A DNA stretch of 63,074 nucleotides, counting the filler, from Sanchytrium tribonematis (Eukaryota): assembly GCA_018985235.1 (NCBI GenBank). It is 14 parts of 14 records of this genome, joined end to end, with 100 filler letters (N's around TTAATTAATTAA, not from the genome) between each part and the next. Parts side by side here need not be neighbours in the genome. Positions count along the whole stretch, not along the records: positions 27,353 to 31,767 come from JADGIG010000724.1; positions 31,868 to 36,273 come from JADGIG010000725.1; positions 36,374 to 40,762 come from JADGIG010000726.1; 11 more parts are not named here. One strand, given 5' to 3'. The notes beneath the pieces were generated by a model. The model made no database searches. It was not told the DNA's origin and saw only the letters and a list, made by a program, of their open reading frames with translations. How positions within the stretch are numbered: position 1 is the stretch's first letter; the number at the start of each line of letters is the position of its first letter. The translations under genes and the position numbers were made by a program. Of this stretch, positions 30,501 through 40,862 are shown one piece after another.

Positions 30501-31061
30501 TTCGACAAATCCTTGTTCTGGACTTATGGGTAATCTGATGTATTTGATGTCGAATCCTTGATTTATAAAATGCTCAACAAGTTCTCTGGGAGTTTGCACA
30601 TGTTCCACAGCCATATAACAAGGCACAATTTCGCCATTAATTTCATCGTGCACAAGTAGCAGATTGTTGGTTTTGATTTCTTTAAGAATATCCAGCTTTA
30701 AGCGATATTCCAATTGTTCTAATCGTTCGGCAGCTATTCCGGCAAATTTTAATTTTCTATAAGGCTCGTATTCATTTCTCAACAAGTACGGCATCCCATT
30801 TATATAAACTAGGGGTTCTTCTCTGGTATTAACCCAAAGAATGTTTTCTTTAAGCAAGGTTAAAATTGTGAGCCACCCAGTTTTTGTTGGCTGACTTACC
30901 CCATAGATATTGTGTATGCCTCTGAAATGCTTTGCACCCTGAAGATGGTCCCCTTTTGCAATTGAGTGGAATAAGTCAGATTTGAGTATAGTTTGTCTGC
31001 TGAGCACAGCACCTTTTCTATTCTTCACTATAGAATTAACAGCCTTGAGATCAAAATCCAT
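27537..31061 (-). CDS. Paladin-like triple PTP-like (phytase-type) phosphatase
   Basis: Three repeats of LK.D.F / NFR / REEP..Y.NG.PY.LR / NC.MG.[GS]R[TS] motifs. Confidence 0.92.
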   Translation of the reverse strand: MDFDLKAVNSIVKNRKGAVLSRQTILKSDLFHSIAKGDHLQGAKHFRGIHNIYGVSQPTKTGWLTILTLLKENILWVNTREEPLVYINGMPYLLRNEYEPYRKLKFAGIAAERLEQLEYRLKLDILKEIKTNNLLLVHDEINGEIVPCYMAVEHVQTPRELVEHFINQGFDIKYIRLPISPEQGFVEIYVETLINAFMAQNVDDPIVINCGMGASRTTFCMIIALMIRKAKENDDFSPVVGQRSIESLNDLAKETDFQHKSLIRLMKVLEEGLQASAIQFAITRSSLLENLINSVNGNYQIVLELSRVLDKGVHIKKIVDALIDECDQVVNIRDRILFYRIRYFTTKDEVDLYKGKAQLERYYALLVVMSYLVTNPSLSFSVWLKERPEIYSIFPKNTNVDLYRPIHNLSALSTASGSDAEMYCVKNRSGTVLGPNTILKVDFWGKQTSLVSNFRRVPGYPLYGCAQPTIKGLQFILSEIRETFPNQQVTWINVREEPLIYINGLPYVLRDQSSTLRNINTYSGINCERLELMEQRLKVDIVKELQQFGNQILLHNEVNHDIEAKWEDVKQDHIFTPKQIFENINYFRVPITAEGYPEENDFDEILSVLNNNQGVFVVNCQMGVGRSTMVLVVSQMVFNWLHNKTRGNLDKISNINYQSIHGLLRVIKNGLEIKKMVDDVIDNNSQIFNIRDSIEKYRVEAESTNNEKIRAECIAKGVLNLERYFILIVFQSYLDQNAPDAYLIKFGQWLKQHEEILQMFKELSKASIKDLLSIDKILPGDGLALTNEILKVVKSRNGQVLAQNTILKDDCFPGCQKLTLLDRIVGAPNYRRVEYKDLVHAYHDPDSCYGVAMPTFDGIKNTIDRIKGKVYWTSLREEPVIYVLNKPYVLREFHEPLKNLEITGIAKERVELMEYNAKIDLKEELAKYGGRVLLHEEVVTDSGFTINAVWQTITENDILTPLEMFAKIQSLGYQVDYLRIPITDEQAPIPLVFDLLTNRINSANGNDLVFNCQMGRGRTSTGMIIACILKLVRSDYLSEMYKSSTNDNLKIYDDEVEEFHLLRGEYRIILQLMSVLSQGKVAKSIVDTAIDANQHLQNLREAIYTFKCKLRQMDPQTKQYSQLHQVTINYLIRYFFLIVFCDYSLDKSKQSFVDWLKDRREVTNIIRNENQDLS

Positions 31062-31082
31062 TACAAAAGGAGAGAAATGAAT

Positions 31083-31505
31083 TTATTCAATCAACTGAAC
31101 TGCGCCACCTGCTTCTTTAATTTTCTTTTCGGCATCAGCAGAAATAGATCTAGTTTTAACAATAATTGGGAATGGCACTTTTCTAGTTTTTCCTAAGACT
31201 TTACCGTAACCTAATTTGAGAACATCAACAACTGGAGTTTTTGATTGTAATTCGTTTGGAATCAAAGAGATAAGCTTTTCAAGATTAATTGTTGGTTGCC
31301 AATATTTGTTTTTGTTTATGTGGAAATATCTCATACCAACTTTACCGTAATAACCAGGATGATATTTATCCATATGAATTCTGTGATGATGCATACCACC
31401 AGCTAAACCTCTACCACCAGGATGCTTTCGGTGTTTACCTACACGTCCGTGTCCGTGAGAAACATTACCTCTAAGTTTGCGTGTCTTCTTTAATCTTGAA
31501 GGCAT
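31083..31505 (-). CDS. RPL28: 60S ribosomal protein uL15 (yeast L28 / human L27a), intronless
   Basis: [32 protein letters not shown]...DKYHPGY.GKVGMR. Confidence 0.98.
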   Translation of the reverse strand: MPSRLKKTRKLRGNVSHGHGRVGKHRKHPGGRGLAGGMHHHRIHMDKYHPGYYGKVGMRYFHINKNKYWQPTINLEKLISLIPNELQSKTPVVDVLKLGYGKVLGKTRKVPFPIIVKTRSISADAEKKIKEAGGAVQLIE

Positions 31506-31539
31506 TTGATAAAGTTGGTAAATTCTAGTAGAAGTTGTG

Positions 31540-31552
31540 AAAACACGTGAAA
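31540..31552 (-). promoter_or_regulatory. E-box motif AAAACACGTGAAA upstream of RPL28
   Basis: Identical to 14764-14776 with near-identical spacing to ATG. Confidence 0.65.
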
Positions 31553-31867
31553 TTTATGAAACAAATTGCCTAATTTGTGAAATTTATTTAATTCGTAGTT
31601 GCTTCTACTGTCGTTCGATTATTGAACACTCATTTTTATTTTTGATTTTATCATGAATCAGTGTTTTTCGCATTGAAAAAATTTTCTTCGATTTTTCCAA
31701 ATTTTAAGAAAGCCATTTTCTTGGCATGTCATCAACATTTTCAAATTTTGTTTATGGTGTATTTACANNNNNNNNNNNNNNNNNNNNNNNNNNNNNNNNN
31801 NNNNNNNNNNNTTAATTAATTAANNNNNNNNNNNNNNNNNNNNNNNNNNNNNNNNNNNNNNNNNNNN

Positions 31868-32149
31868 AATATCGAATATTGCCCCGTCAATGTGGATTAT
31901 AGTGATTTAATTAGATTTGAACCCACTCAATCTCCATTTTTACTTGGAGATGTGACACAGCAGAAAATTTGTAATGTCTTAATTGAGTTGAATATGGATT
32001 ATAAAGTAGTAGAATCTGATTTATTGCAGATATTAACTAGAAATAGCATGATTGTGTTTGAGAATCAGCATTTGTTGATACAAAGTGAGGATTTGGATGA
32101 ATTAGAGATTATTAAGCAGGGACTATTTAATAAATTGATTAATTCGTGA
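31868..32149 (+). CDS. 3' end of a gene, possibly an INTS9/CPSF100-type C-terminal domain
   Basis: Open frame from the contig edge; FLLG...L...KV...I.F....I....D..L..IK pattern, weak resemblance only. Confidence 0.35.
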   Translation, partial: NIEYCPVNVDYSDLIRFEPTQSPFLLGDVTQQKICNVLIELNMDYKVVESDLLQILTRNSMIVFENQHLLIQSEDLDELEIIKQGLFNKLINS

Positions 32150-32299
32150 TTTGGGGGGATGTTCTCTGTTAGAATTAACTTGGCCTATTTTTAGATATTT
32201 CAGGAATATCAGATTGATTTATTTGTTGGGCAAGGAATGGCGGGTCTATTTTGTCTTGTTTATGCTTTATAGGTGTGAGGGTACTTTCTCTTTATCAAG

Positions 32300-33436
32300 A
32301 TGATTTTCATTAATTTATTAATCGCAGCACCAATGAGTTTCTCACATTGGGGAATAGGATGGGGTGGACCAACTTCTCAAATTAAGACATCTGGTCAGGA
32401 GAGAACGGTAAACAATTTAGCAGATCAAACCAAGCGAGAAGGTGCAAATACTGTCAGATGGGATGAATCGGCTGTTAGAGCCTCACAAGGAAATCAATTG
32501 GATCCTGAAGTTTTCAAAGTTATTGATAGTACCAAACCTATAGGGAAGAAAAGAATTAATCGAAATCTTTGGGGGCCAGAACCACCACCTTTCATGTCAA
32601 AACAGTCAATAGCAATATTGAAAGAAATTCGCGAAACTGAGTCGGAAAAACTTTCAGCCATACACCTTGGGAGTGCGGATGTAAAGCAATTTATCGAAAA
32701 TGAACCAGAAAGAAGAGATTTAGCGCAAAGAACAGAGAAAGCTCTACGTTATTATGAATACATGCTAGATCTTAATGCAATTCAAGAATCAATTTCTAAA
32801 TTTCCTAAACATGAGAAGGGTTTACTCTATAATGAGCCAATTTTAAGCGATTTGAAACGATTGAAGCTTCAAGAGTCTCGAGTTAACAATGCATGGCCAA
32901 ATCAATTTAAGGGAGAGGCGTCTGAACTGAAAAGAATCGTCGACGTAGCAGAAAAAGAAGCGCCAATATTTTTCAAGACAACTATTGACTGGCTGACAGC
33001 ATTGAAAAAAACAGAAACAAACAAGGAAGTGATTGCTCAAATTGATGGAATTATTCAGAATGTTTTAAATCGTGGTAAAACATTATTGAATTTGCCAGAT
33101 TTTTTCAAGTTACCACATGTCTATGCTGAGCAATTAAGAATGATATACGGTCTTAATGCAAAACGTTTGAAAAAAGCAGCTGCTGTATTCAAACGTGGCG
33201 TGACGGAATTCAACCCGAAAGAACATGATTGGAGAAGGTTTTTACAAGCTATCGCTCAAGATAAGTCAGATCTTGCTAATACAATTAAAGAAGTAACTCC
33301 TAAAAATTTGGGTGATACTCATTTTGATAAATCTCAATTAGGAGAAGGCGTCTCAAAACTGAGAGCAACTCAAACAGTGACAACTCAAGAAGTAAAAACT
33401 CAAAAACCAAAGTCTGAGCATCCCGTTAAGAAATAA
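32300..33436 (+). CDS. Secreted helical hypothetical protein
   Basis: MIFINLLIA|APM leader, 378 aa. Confidence 0.75.
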   Translation: MIFINLLIAAPMSFSHWGIGWGGPTSQIKTSGQERTVNNLADQTKREGANTVRWDESAVRASQGNQLDPEVFKVIDSTKPIGKKRINRNLWGPEPPPFMSKQSIAILKEIRETESEKLSAIHLGSADVKQFIENEPERRDLAQRTEKALRYYEYMLDLNAIQESISKFPKHEKGLLYNEPILSDLKRLKLQESRVNNAWPNQFKGEASELKRIVDVAEKEAPIFFKTTIDWLTALKKTETNKEVIAQIDGIIQNVLNRGKTLLNLPDFFKLPHVYAEQLRMIYGLNAKRLKKAAAVFKRGVTEFNPKEHDWRRFLQAIAQDKSDLANTIKEVTPKNLGDTHFDKSQLGEGVSKLRATQTVTTQEVKTQKPKSEHPVKK

Positions 33437-33479
33437 ATTATTATGAAATAGATTTAATCTTTTCCCGTCTTCTCAATTT

Positions 33480-34087
33480 CTCATAACAAATTAGAAAAAT
33501 ACATTGACTTCTTACTCGTGAATGCATATAAATTAAAATACATCATATGGATCAGATCCAATCTACTCAATCATGTAAATCCACTCAATTTATTACAACA
33601 AAATTTAGATGTCGTCGATTTAAAATCACTACAAGAAATCATAAAATATTTAAATCATGAATCTAAAATAGATCCAAATGTAATGAATCAATATGTTAGA
33701 ATAATGCATGATATTTCTGATTTATCAAAAAGCACCGCATTGCAATTACGCGCATTAAAAATTTAACCATAAAGAGATCAAATCAATTTCATTAAAAATG
33801 CATCGCAAATCAATTTAAATAAAATTGAAATAGATAGACCAGAATTAGATGCTGAGATGGCTACTCAAATCGTCAATAATCATGGTGTCCACATTGAAAA
33901 TATCAATGAGATGCATGCAATATTGATTCAAAGTGGTTTACAACCCCATCAACCCACTCAAAATCATCAAATATTAAAAATATTAGGAGATATACCAAAT
34001 CTTCCTCAAATCACTCTATTGGATTCCCATACAGTCAAATCACCTAGTAAGCCATTCAAATTAATTCCAAATCATCCATTCAAATAA
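33480..34087 (+). pseudogene. Decayed paralog of the 35230-36142 secreted protein
   Basis: Shares RS.L, DVV.LK, IDPN.MN.Y and QIN.I motifs; no leader; two in-frame TAA near 33764-33772. Confidence 0.6.
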
Positions 34088-34309
34088 TTCACCATTACAG
34101 GGTAAAATCATTGCAAATGAAATTCAATTACATGATAGTTTGAAGGAGAGATTTCAAAAAACAATTGCAGAATTAAGTGAAGAAAAAGAAGAAGCATTAA
34201 AGCACGTTCAATAAATCAATCAATTGGAATGATTTTGAATTTAATAGGAGACAATCAGAGACATGATAATCTCCATAGTTTCTTTAGCTTTGAGGAGAAA
34301 GGATCAAAC

Positions 34310-35032
34310 ATGAAATTGATTCTTTTGACAATTGTATTTGGAATGATGACATTATCATCAATGACATCTATTGGGCAATTGCAAAAGCAGATATTGGGCA
34401 AATTGCAGACTTGCCCATCAACTGAAGTATTAAATTCATTAGCCGAATTGAAGTACGCTTTGCAATCGCCAAATTCTAACACTTGCAGTCTACTGTCTAA
34501 TCATCCACTTGCGTCTCAATTTTTAGAGACTAAAAGTCGACAATTAATGCCTTTATTGGAAGAGTTACATGGTCTTGGTGGAAACATTGATGATTTAGTG
34601 CCAGCAGAATGGCTCCAATTAAAAACAACATTTGAAGAACAATTGGATGAAAATGGACTCACCACGCGTGACTTATTGGATGCAAGCCCAAATTGTAATT
34701 CAAGATTAAAAAAGAGAGCTTTTTCCAACAAATTTTGGGGAGTCATTTCTGGAGTTTTGGGAGTTTCTCTATTAGGTGTTGGTTCGTTTTGTGCATATTT
34801 AGTGTTCCAAGATGGTAAACGACCTCAATGTAATAGTTATCACACTACAGACTGCCACACAGATAAGGAATCGGATATTGATATCGAAGCCATTGGTAGT
34901 GCAGTGGTGCTACTTGTGGGTCTTGCATTCGGATTATTTAGCTGGTGTTTATTGGGTGATGATGACTCTGCAAGTGCTAGTAGCGAAAGACCACACCGTT
35001 GGGGGGCATCAAATTCAGCAGATATTGCATAA
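34310..35032 (+). CDS. Secretory preproprotein with LKKR site and two C-terminal TM helices
   Basis: MKLILLTIVFG leader; SRLKKR followed by two Gly-rich hydrophobic helices. Confidence 0.65.
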   Translation: MKLILLTIVFGMMTLSSMTSIGQLQKQILGKLQTCPSTEVLNSLAELKYALQSPNSNTCSLLSNHPLASQFLETKSRQLMPLLEELHGLGGNIDDLVPAEWLQLKTTFEEQLDENGLTTRDLLDASPNCNSRLKKRAFSNKFWGVISGVLGVSLLGVGSFCAYLVFQDGKRPQCNSYHTTDCHTDKESDIDIEAIGSAVVLLVGLAFGLFSWCLLGDDDSASASSERPHRWGASNSADIA

Positions 35033-35229
35033 TTTATGAAATAAATTGATATATTTATATTGCAAGAAATTGATATTGGCAGACACTCTCGATATTCAAT
35101 GATTTCACAAAAGGGCTCTTAGCAGATTATTTAGACAATTCTGCATCTTTGATTGGCTATTATGACATCACAGGTCTAAAAATTCCTAATTTTATCAATG
35201 ATAACAGCAAGGAATCCATTTATTATTAG

Positions 35230-36142
35230 ATGCTCTTGATTCAATTATTATTAGCAGTACCAATTCCATCACTTGTTGATTTGTTCAAGGGATCACAAAT
35301 TAGCAATCAATTATTCATTCCACAACAACAACCACATATTACTGCTGCCCAACAACATAAAGTTGCCACATTAGAAGAAGCAGAAACGACCATAGCAGAA
35401 CCCATCCAATCTGCATTTGATCAAATTCAAATTCAAAGTAAATTACAAAAAGCCATGAAATACCATGATTTATTAACATTCATCACATTCGTCAGATCCC
35501 ATCTCATTCCATAAACCACATCCCACTAATTTATGGCTTCAAAATGGAGATGTTGTCAATTTAAAAATACTCAAAAATTTGATTTCATTTTTAAATGATC
35601 CACAATCCACAATAGATCCTAATATCATGAATTATTATGATTTGGAATTGTCTGAAATATCTCGGATTTATAAAGAGACATTGACTGAATTACATGCATT
35701 AGAAATGGTGAATCCAAAATTACAAGATATTCAATTTCAGATTAATTTGATTCGGGATACATTGCATCAATTTGGTGTGCTTGTATTAGATCATGATATT
35801 GATGCAGATTCAATGACAATTCAAGAAGCTCAGGGATTGGTAGAAGAAAAAGGCATTACAAGTGCAAAATTAGGGATAGTGACAAAATGGATTGATTCAG
35901 TTACTGATGATTCTAAAGAAGTTACACTGCAGCAACTGACTAAATTAACTAAATCAATTCCTGAAAAACCAGAGGTCCAATTGGGGCTATCAAAAATTTT
36001 CAAACAAAGTGATACGGTACATTCGGCAGACAAGTCAACTGCCGAATCAGAAATTACAAATCCTGCAAGATCCTTAATAGTTCGCCACAATGATCACGCC
36101 ACAACACACATTAAAGCAAAGCATGATATTCCACTCGTATAA
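35230..36142 (+). pseudogene. Secreted protein split by a frameshift near 35505-35512
   Basis: Leader MLLIQLLLA; VRSHL continues in another frame as HKPHPTNLWLQNGDVVNLK, colinear with the paralog at 33518. Confidence 0.6.
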
Positions 36143-36152
36143 ATTATTTATT

Positions 36153-36272
36153 TTACAACCATTTTACCATATAAGGTCCTTCTAATGAATATCCCAATTT
36201 ACGATAATAATCACGTGTCCCTACACCTGCAATCACTCCCAATTTCACACTACCATGTTCATCACGCGCAAT
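36153..36272 (-). CDS. ELP3: Elongator complex protein 3, C-terminal 39 aa (5' truncated; not in ORF track)
   Basis: [39 protein letters not shown]. Confidence 0.93.
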   Translation of the reverse strand: MARDEHGSVKLGVIAGVGTRDYYRKLGYSLEGPYMVKWL

Positions 36273-36373
36273 TNNNNNNNNNNNNNNNNNNNNNNNNNNN
36301 NNNNNNNNNNNNNNNNNTTAATTAATTAANNNNNNNNNNNNNNNNNNNNNNNNNNNNNNNNNNNNNNNNNNNN

Positions 36374-36622
36374 AGGTACAGCTTCAATGCTATTACCAAC
36401 TAAAATATATTCTGATGACCCAATTGCGTAGGACCCATCAGTTGAAATAATAGAAGCGCAAGCTCCGTCAATATTTTGCCTTTTAATTAAGTTACCATCA
36501 AAGTCGTATGATGCGACCACATGAAGTTCAGACTTTAATAAAATAAATCCGTTCACCTCTAATGCATCTGCAGGAATGCCACTGAGTTGCAACAGCAAGG
36601 CAGACACAAAGCTGAAAAACAT
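36374..36622 (-). CDS. Possible EMC1 N-terminus (3' truncated)
   Basis: Short leader MFFSFVSA, then HVVAS.D.DG.LI.RQ, a PQQ-propeller-like motif. Confidence 0.4.
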
Positions 36623-36752
36623 GTTACAAAAAATATCATCATCTACAGTACTGTTATTTGATATTAATACCATCTTTTGTGAGCATATCATCAAAAGTAT
36701 TGATTAGACCCAAAACACATTTATTGAATCAAGTTTGTGGCTTATCAAATTT

Positions 36753-39700
36753 ATGTCAGAGGTAAACTTTTTCGAGCTTTCTCAAATTGAACTCGAAGAC
36801 CAGCTGGCTGCAGCTGAAATTCCATGCGAGCCTTTGACTATTCAAAGAGTCCATAGAGAGGAAGAATTTGAATTAGATATTTTTAAGAGTGAAGTGAATG
36901 AGGAATATCAATTAATTTTAACTCTTAGAAAATTATATCAGCAAGGTCTCCCATTCAGAGCCTTTCTATACGCGTATAGATGTAGTGCATTAAGTGTTCC
37001 ACAAGTCAAATCTCACGATCAGGAAAATAAAAGTGAAATGTATCAAGCAACATACGAGGTATTAAAACCAAATGTGATAGAAATGAAAAAATTTATGAAG
37101 TTTTGTCTTTCAGTTGTCTCTACGTTGAAAGAAATCACAGATAAGGCTTCAAAGATGACCCCTAGCACAGATTTATTAAGGGAATTAGGTGTTTCCTTAG
37201 ATATGGTTTTGACGCTAGATTGCTTAAAAAATATGAAGGCCTCATTGAACAATGACTTTTCATTGTATAAGAGATGCTTGTCTAATTTGGGACCTACCGT
37301 GGGACAAGAAGAAATGATGGAAAACAATCAATTATATTTCTTTTTAGGTAACAAAGACTCGTTTATGCTAGCGTTGAAAGAAGAGTTATTCAAGATTCCC
37401 AGCTTTGAGGATGTATTGATTGAAGTCATTAATAATCAGGTTGATTTCTTTGAAAAAGGAATGTTTCTATCTCCATCGGAAAAGTATGTATTGTTGAGAT
37501 CAATTGCAGCAGCGTCTGTTATAGTACACGCTGAAAGGAAAGAACCCTCAAAAGAGTTGCTTTTAAAACTCAAGCGTATTAAATATGACAAAGTTTATAA
37601 AGCTTTGAAGTCAAATCAATACGTTCCTTTATTTGGAGAAATGACATTACAAACCAGTGTTTTGTTTAGAAAAACGACAATCGCGGATCAATTTAAGGAC
37701 GAGGTGATTCAAAATAATCTTAATTTACTGAGTCAATTGGAACAAACCCAGTCAGATTTTCAAAATATTGCAATGAAATTGAAAATTTTTGTTAATGTTT
37801 ATGACCACACAACCGCAGCTTCAGTCCTTAACGCAGAAACAGTCAGAAATATGTCAAATACAATGGTTGATGGTCTCAAGTTGATTGTTCAATGGACGTG
37901 TGTCATTCTCGAACACAACGCTTCCAAAATTGTAAATCCAGCTGACCCTGAAAAAAATCAATGTCCTCCAGAAGCCAAAGAATACGAAAGAGCAATACGA
38001 TATAACTATAATGAAACTGAAAAAGAGACACTTCTTCACTACATCTACATGGTTAAAACTTTGAGTCAACTTTTAAGCGAGGTGGAATTAAAGTATTCAG
38101 ATGTCATTCGAAAAACTGTTTATATTACGTATCAGGAGTTTACTAGAAATACAGTGGACAGTCTGATTTCATTTGCACAGAAGAAGAAAAAGAGTTATGC
38201 TTCAATATTGCAAAGTATACAAAATTTAGGTAGTGATATCTTAAATCGAGGCCAGGCCTACAGAACTGTCGGACCAAGCAACACCCAAGTGTTCTTGACC
38301 CGAATGCTTGTCCACAAATGTCTCACTGAAAGTAACAAAGGCCAAGGTGGTTTATTTTCAAAAAACGCAAATTTTTCCGATGTTCAATTGGAAGAAATAT
38401 CGAAATTCGTAGACCAATCTTATGCTTTTGAAGCGATGTTGGATTATAAACATCATTTAAGATTAGCATCCGATTTGTCACCTTTGTGGTTCAAAGAATT
38501 TTACTTGGAATTATCCAAAGAAGTTCAATTTCCAATTGAATGTTCCTTGCCTTGGATTTTAATGGATTTCATGCTGTCCCAATCTTCTCCGGAATACACT
38601 GAATTTCTTCTAGTTCCGTTTTCCATCTACAATGATGCTGCTCATGAATCTTTGTATAAATTAAATTTAGCTTATCTATTTGATGAAGTGGAGGCGGAAG
38701 CGAACTTGGTGTTTGACCAATTCATTTTCAAATACTCCGAAATCGTATTTTCACATTTCAAGACCAGATCTTCAAGGATGTTGATTGAACAAGAGATTGA
38801 CTATGTTGATCCAAATAGCAAAAATAAATCCCCAACAGGAAACACCAAAAAACCATTTCATCAAGGTGATTTGAGAGCATTTCACACATTACATGAATCT
38901 ATATTATCTCAAAGAAGATTTTATTTGCTTGGGCGATTCATTGATATTCGAAGAGTGATGGGTCAATGTATGAATCAGTATTTTAGAAAATCACTTGATG
39001 TTGCGATTAATCGATTTGAGGCCAGTGACTTAACGTTCTCAGTACAACTTGGTTTTCTAATTAGATGCAATAGACTTGCTCATAGATTAGCATCTGAGAT
39101 TATGCCCGTTGATCCATTCGAAGACATGCTTAATGAAGTGGACGAAAGCAGCACATTAGGCGCAATGGGTGGAAGGTTGTTCGCCCATACATACTCGGAA
39201 ATCATTAATGATATCATGCCAAATTATTGCTTTAGTAGTGTAACAGAGAGATTTGTCAAGTCAATGACTAGCAAAAATAAGGCTCGGCCAAGTGCAAAAG
39301 CACCTGTTATTTATTTGTTTGGTACAAAAGCTTTGAATTTATATGTTAATAAGCAGTTTGCAGGATACAAGGGTTTTATTGGAGTGTCTCCACACTTTGC
39401 GGCCATTTCCAAATTGATTGGAAAGAGGCAGACCGCATCACTGATAAACGAAATCGGTAATGTTTGCACACAATTAATCGAGTCTCATATTACGCCTTAC
39501 ATGAAAATTTTGATTAAGGGATTTCCTTCTTTGAAATTACCATCAGTGGAGTACAAAACTCAGGGTGTATATCAATTTTTTATTTCTGCGCTTGCTTCGT
39601 TACTTAAATACCAAGACCTGCCTCAAGTGGTCAATGCTTTTAAGGAAATTGGAAATGGTATTGCTTGCTGTAAGTTATTAGAGGAATCATTGGTATTTTT

Positions 39701-40389
39701 TATTAAAGTAGACAGTAGAATCGGTTATCAAAGGAATGACAAACTTTGACTCATTGGCTTCGAAAGACCTTGGTTTTGGACTAGAATTAGGTATCACACC
39801 GAAAGATATCGACGATGTAGCAACCTCTTCTTTGAAGGGAGTGAAAGATTTACATTTGAGTGAAAAAAGGATCAGTGTCTTGACTACGAACCAAAAATTG
39901 TCGGTGCTACCAGCTGTTCTATCGAATATTAAAGTTGCATTAGAAAAAGCAACTCAGTCGTGTTCCGCTCTAATATCTAAATCACCATCACCTTTTGACA
40001 CACCAAATGATTTTGCACAGATTTGGTGTTTTATTGAATTCGTATATGCCCTACCTGCGATTGGGCAAACATTAGCTCATCGTCAAATAAGCGGTGATGG
40101 AGTCATATGGGCTGGCTGTACATTCATGGCATTACTCGATTTTCCTGAAAAACACAATTTATGCTCGTTCTTGTATCATCTACTGTATACTCGAAGTATT
40201 GAATTATATAAAGAAGTTACATCTTCAACCTTACCTGACGAAACTGAAGGTGTCATAACAATGGCGGCTTACATCAAACATACAAATGATCAAATTTATG
40301 ATTTTTTAAATTTGAATTTCAAGGGTGATTTTGACAAGCAGATCCTTTTTGATGTTCCTAACAAAAGAGAGTTTGAAGACAAGAAATAA
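36753..40389 (+). CDS. CYFIP1: CYFIP/Sra1 (WAVE regulatory complex); one 19-nt intron 39693-39711
   Basis: LKNMKASLNNDFS.YKR, YERAIRYNY, DLS.LWFKEFYLEL..VQFPIE.SLPWIL, YNDAA, GDG..WAGC in exon 2. Confidence 0.95.
39693..39711 (+). other. 19-nt GT-AG intron
   Basis: GTATTTTTTATTAAAGTAG; removal gives LLEESL-TVESVIKGMTNF and fuses the two CYFIP ORFs; the alternative 16-nt cut would create TAG. Confidence 0.88.
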
Positions 40390-40425
40390 TTAATAAACCA
40401 TTGCTAATATTTTTTCAAACAAAGG

Positions 40426-40762
40426 ATGCTCACAACACAAGATCTTCAACAAGTAAGATTAACGATATCCAGTATTTTGGATTTTTTCATAGATACATTT
40501 CATGTTGCTAAATTTGACACCAGCATTATTTCAACTCCTGAAGGATCCGGAGAATTCACGACAATTTTGTATAATGATGAGATACATAACTATCAAGAAG
40601 TAATTGATATTGTTTCCGAAGCACTTGGTGCAGGAGAGAGTCGTGGTCATGAAGTGGCACAAGCTATCGATCAAAAAGGTAGAGATAGTGTCTTTTCTGG
40701 AACTTATGACGATTGCTGTATTGTAGCCAACAAAATCAGATCTATCGGACTGCACTGTACGG
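40426..40762 (+). CDS. UBR1/UBR2-type N-recognin fragment with ClpS-like domain, 3' truncated
   Basis: TILYNDEIHNYQEVI...A..ID.KGR...I.SIGL. Confidence 0.7.
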
Positions 40763-40862
40763 NNNNNNNNNNNNNNNNNNNNNNNNNNNNNNNNNNNNNN
40801 NNNNNNTTAATTAATTAANNNNNNNNNNNNNNNNNNNNNNNNNNNNNNNNNNNNNNNNNNNN

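Noticed and set aside
33764..33772. In-frame TAA codons suggesting stop-codon reassignment (also at 16925)
   Set aside because: Conserved genes (RPL42, RPL28, ELP3, CYFIP) end at TAA and long genes contain no internal stops; pseudogenisation explains it.
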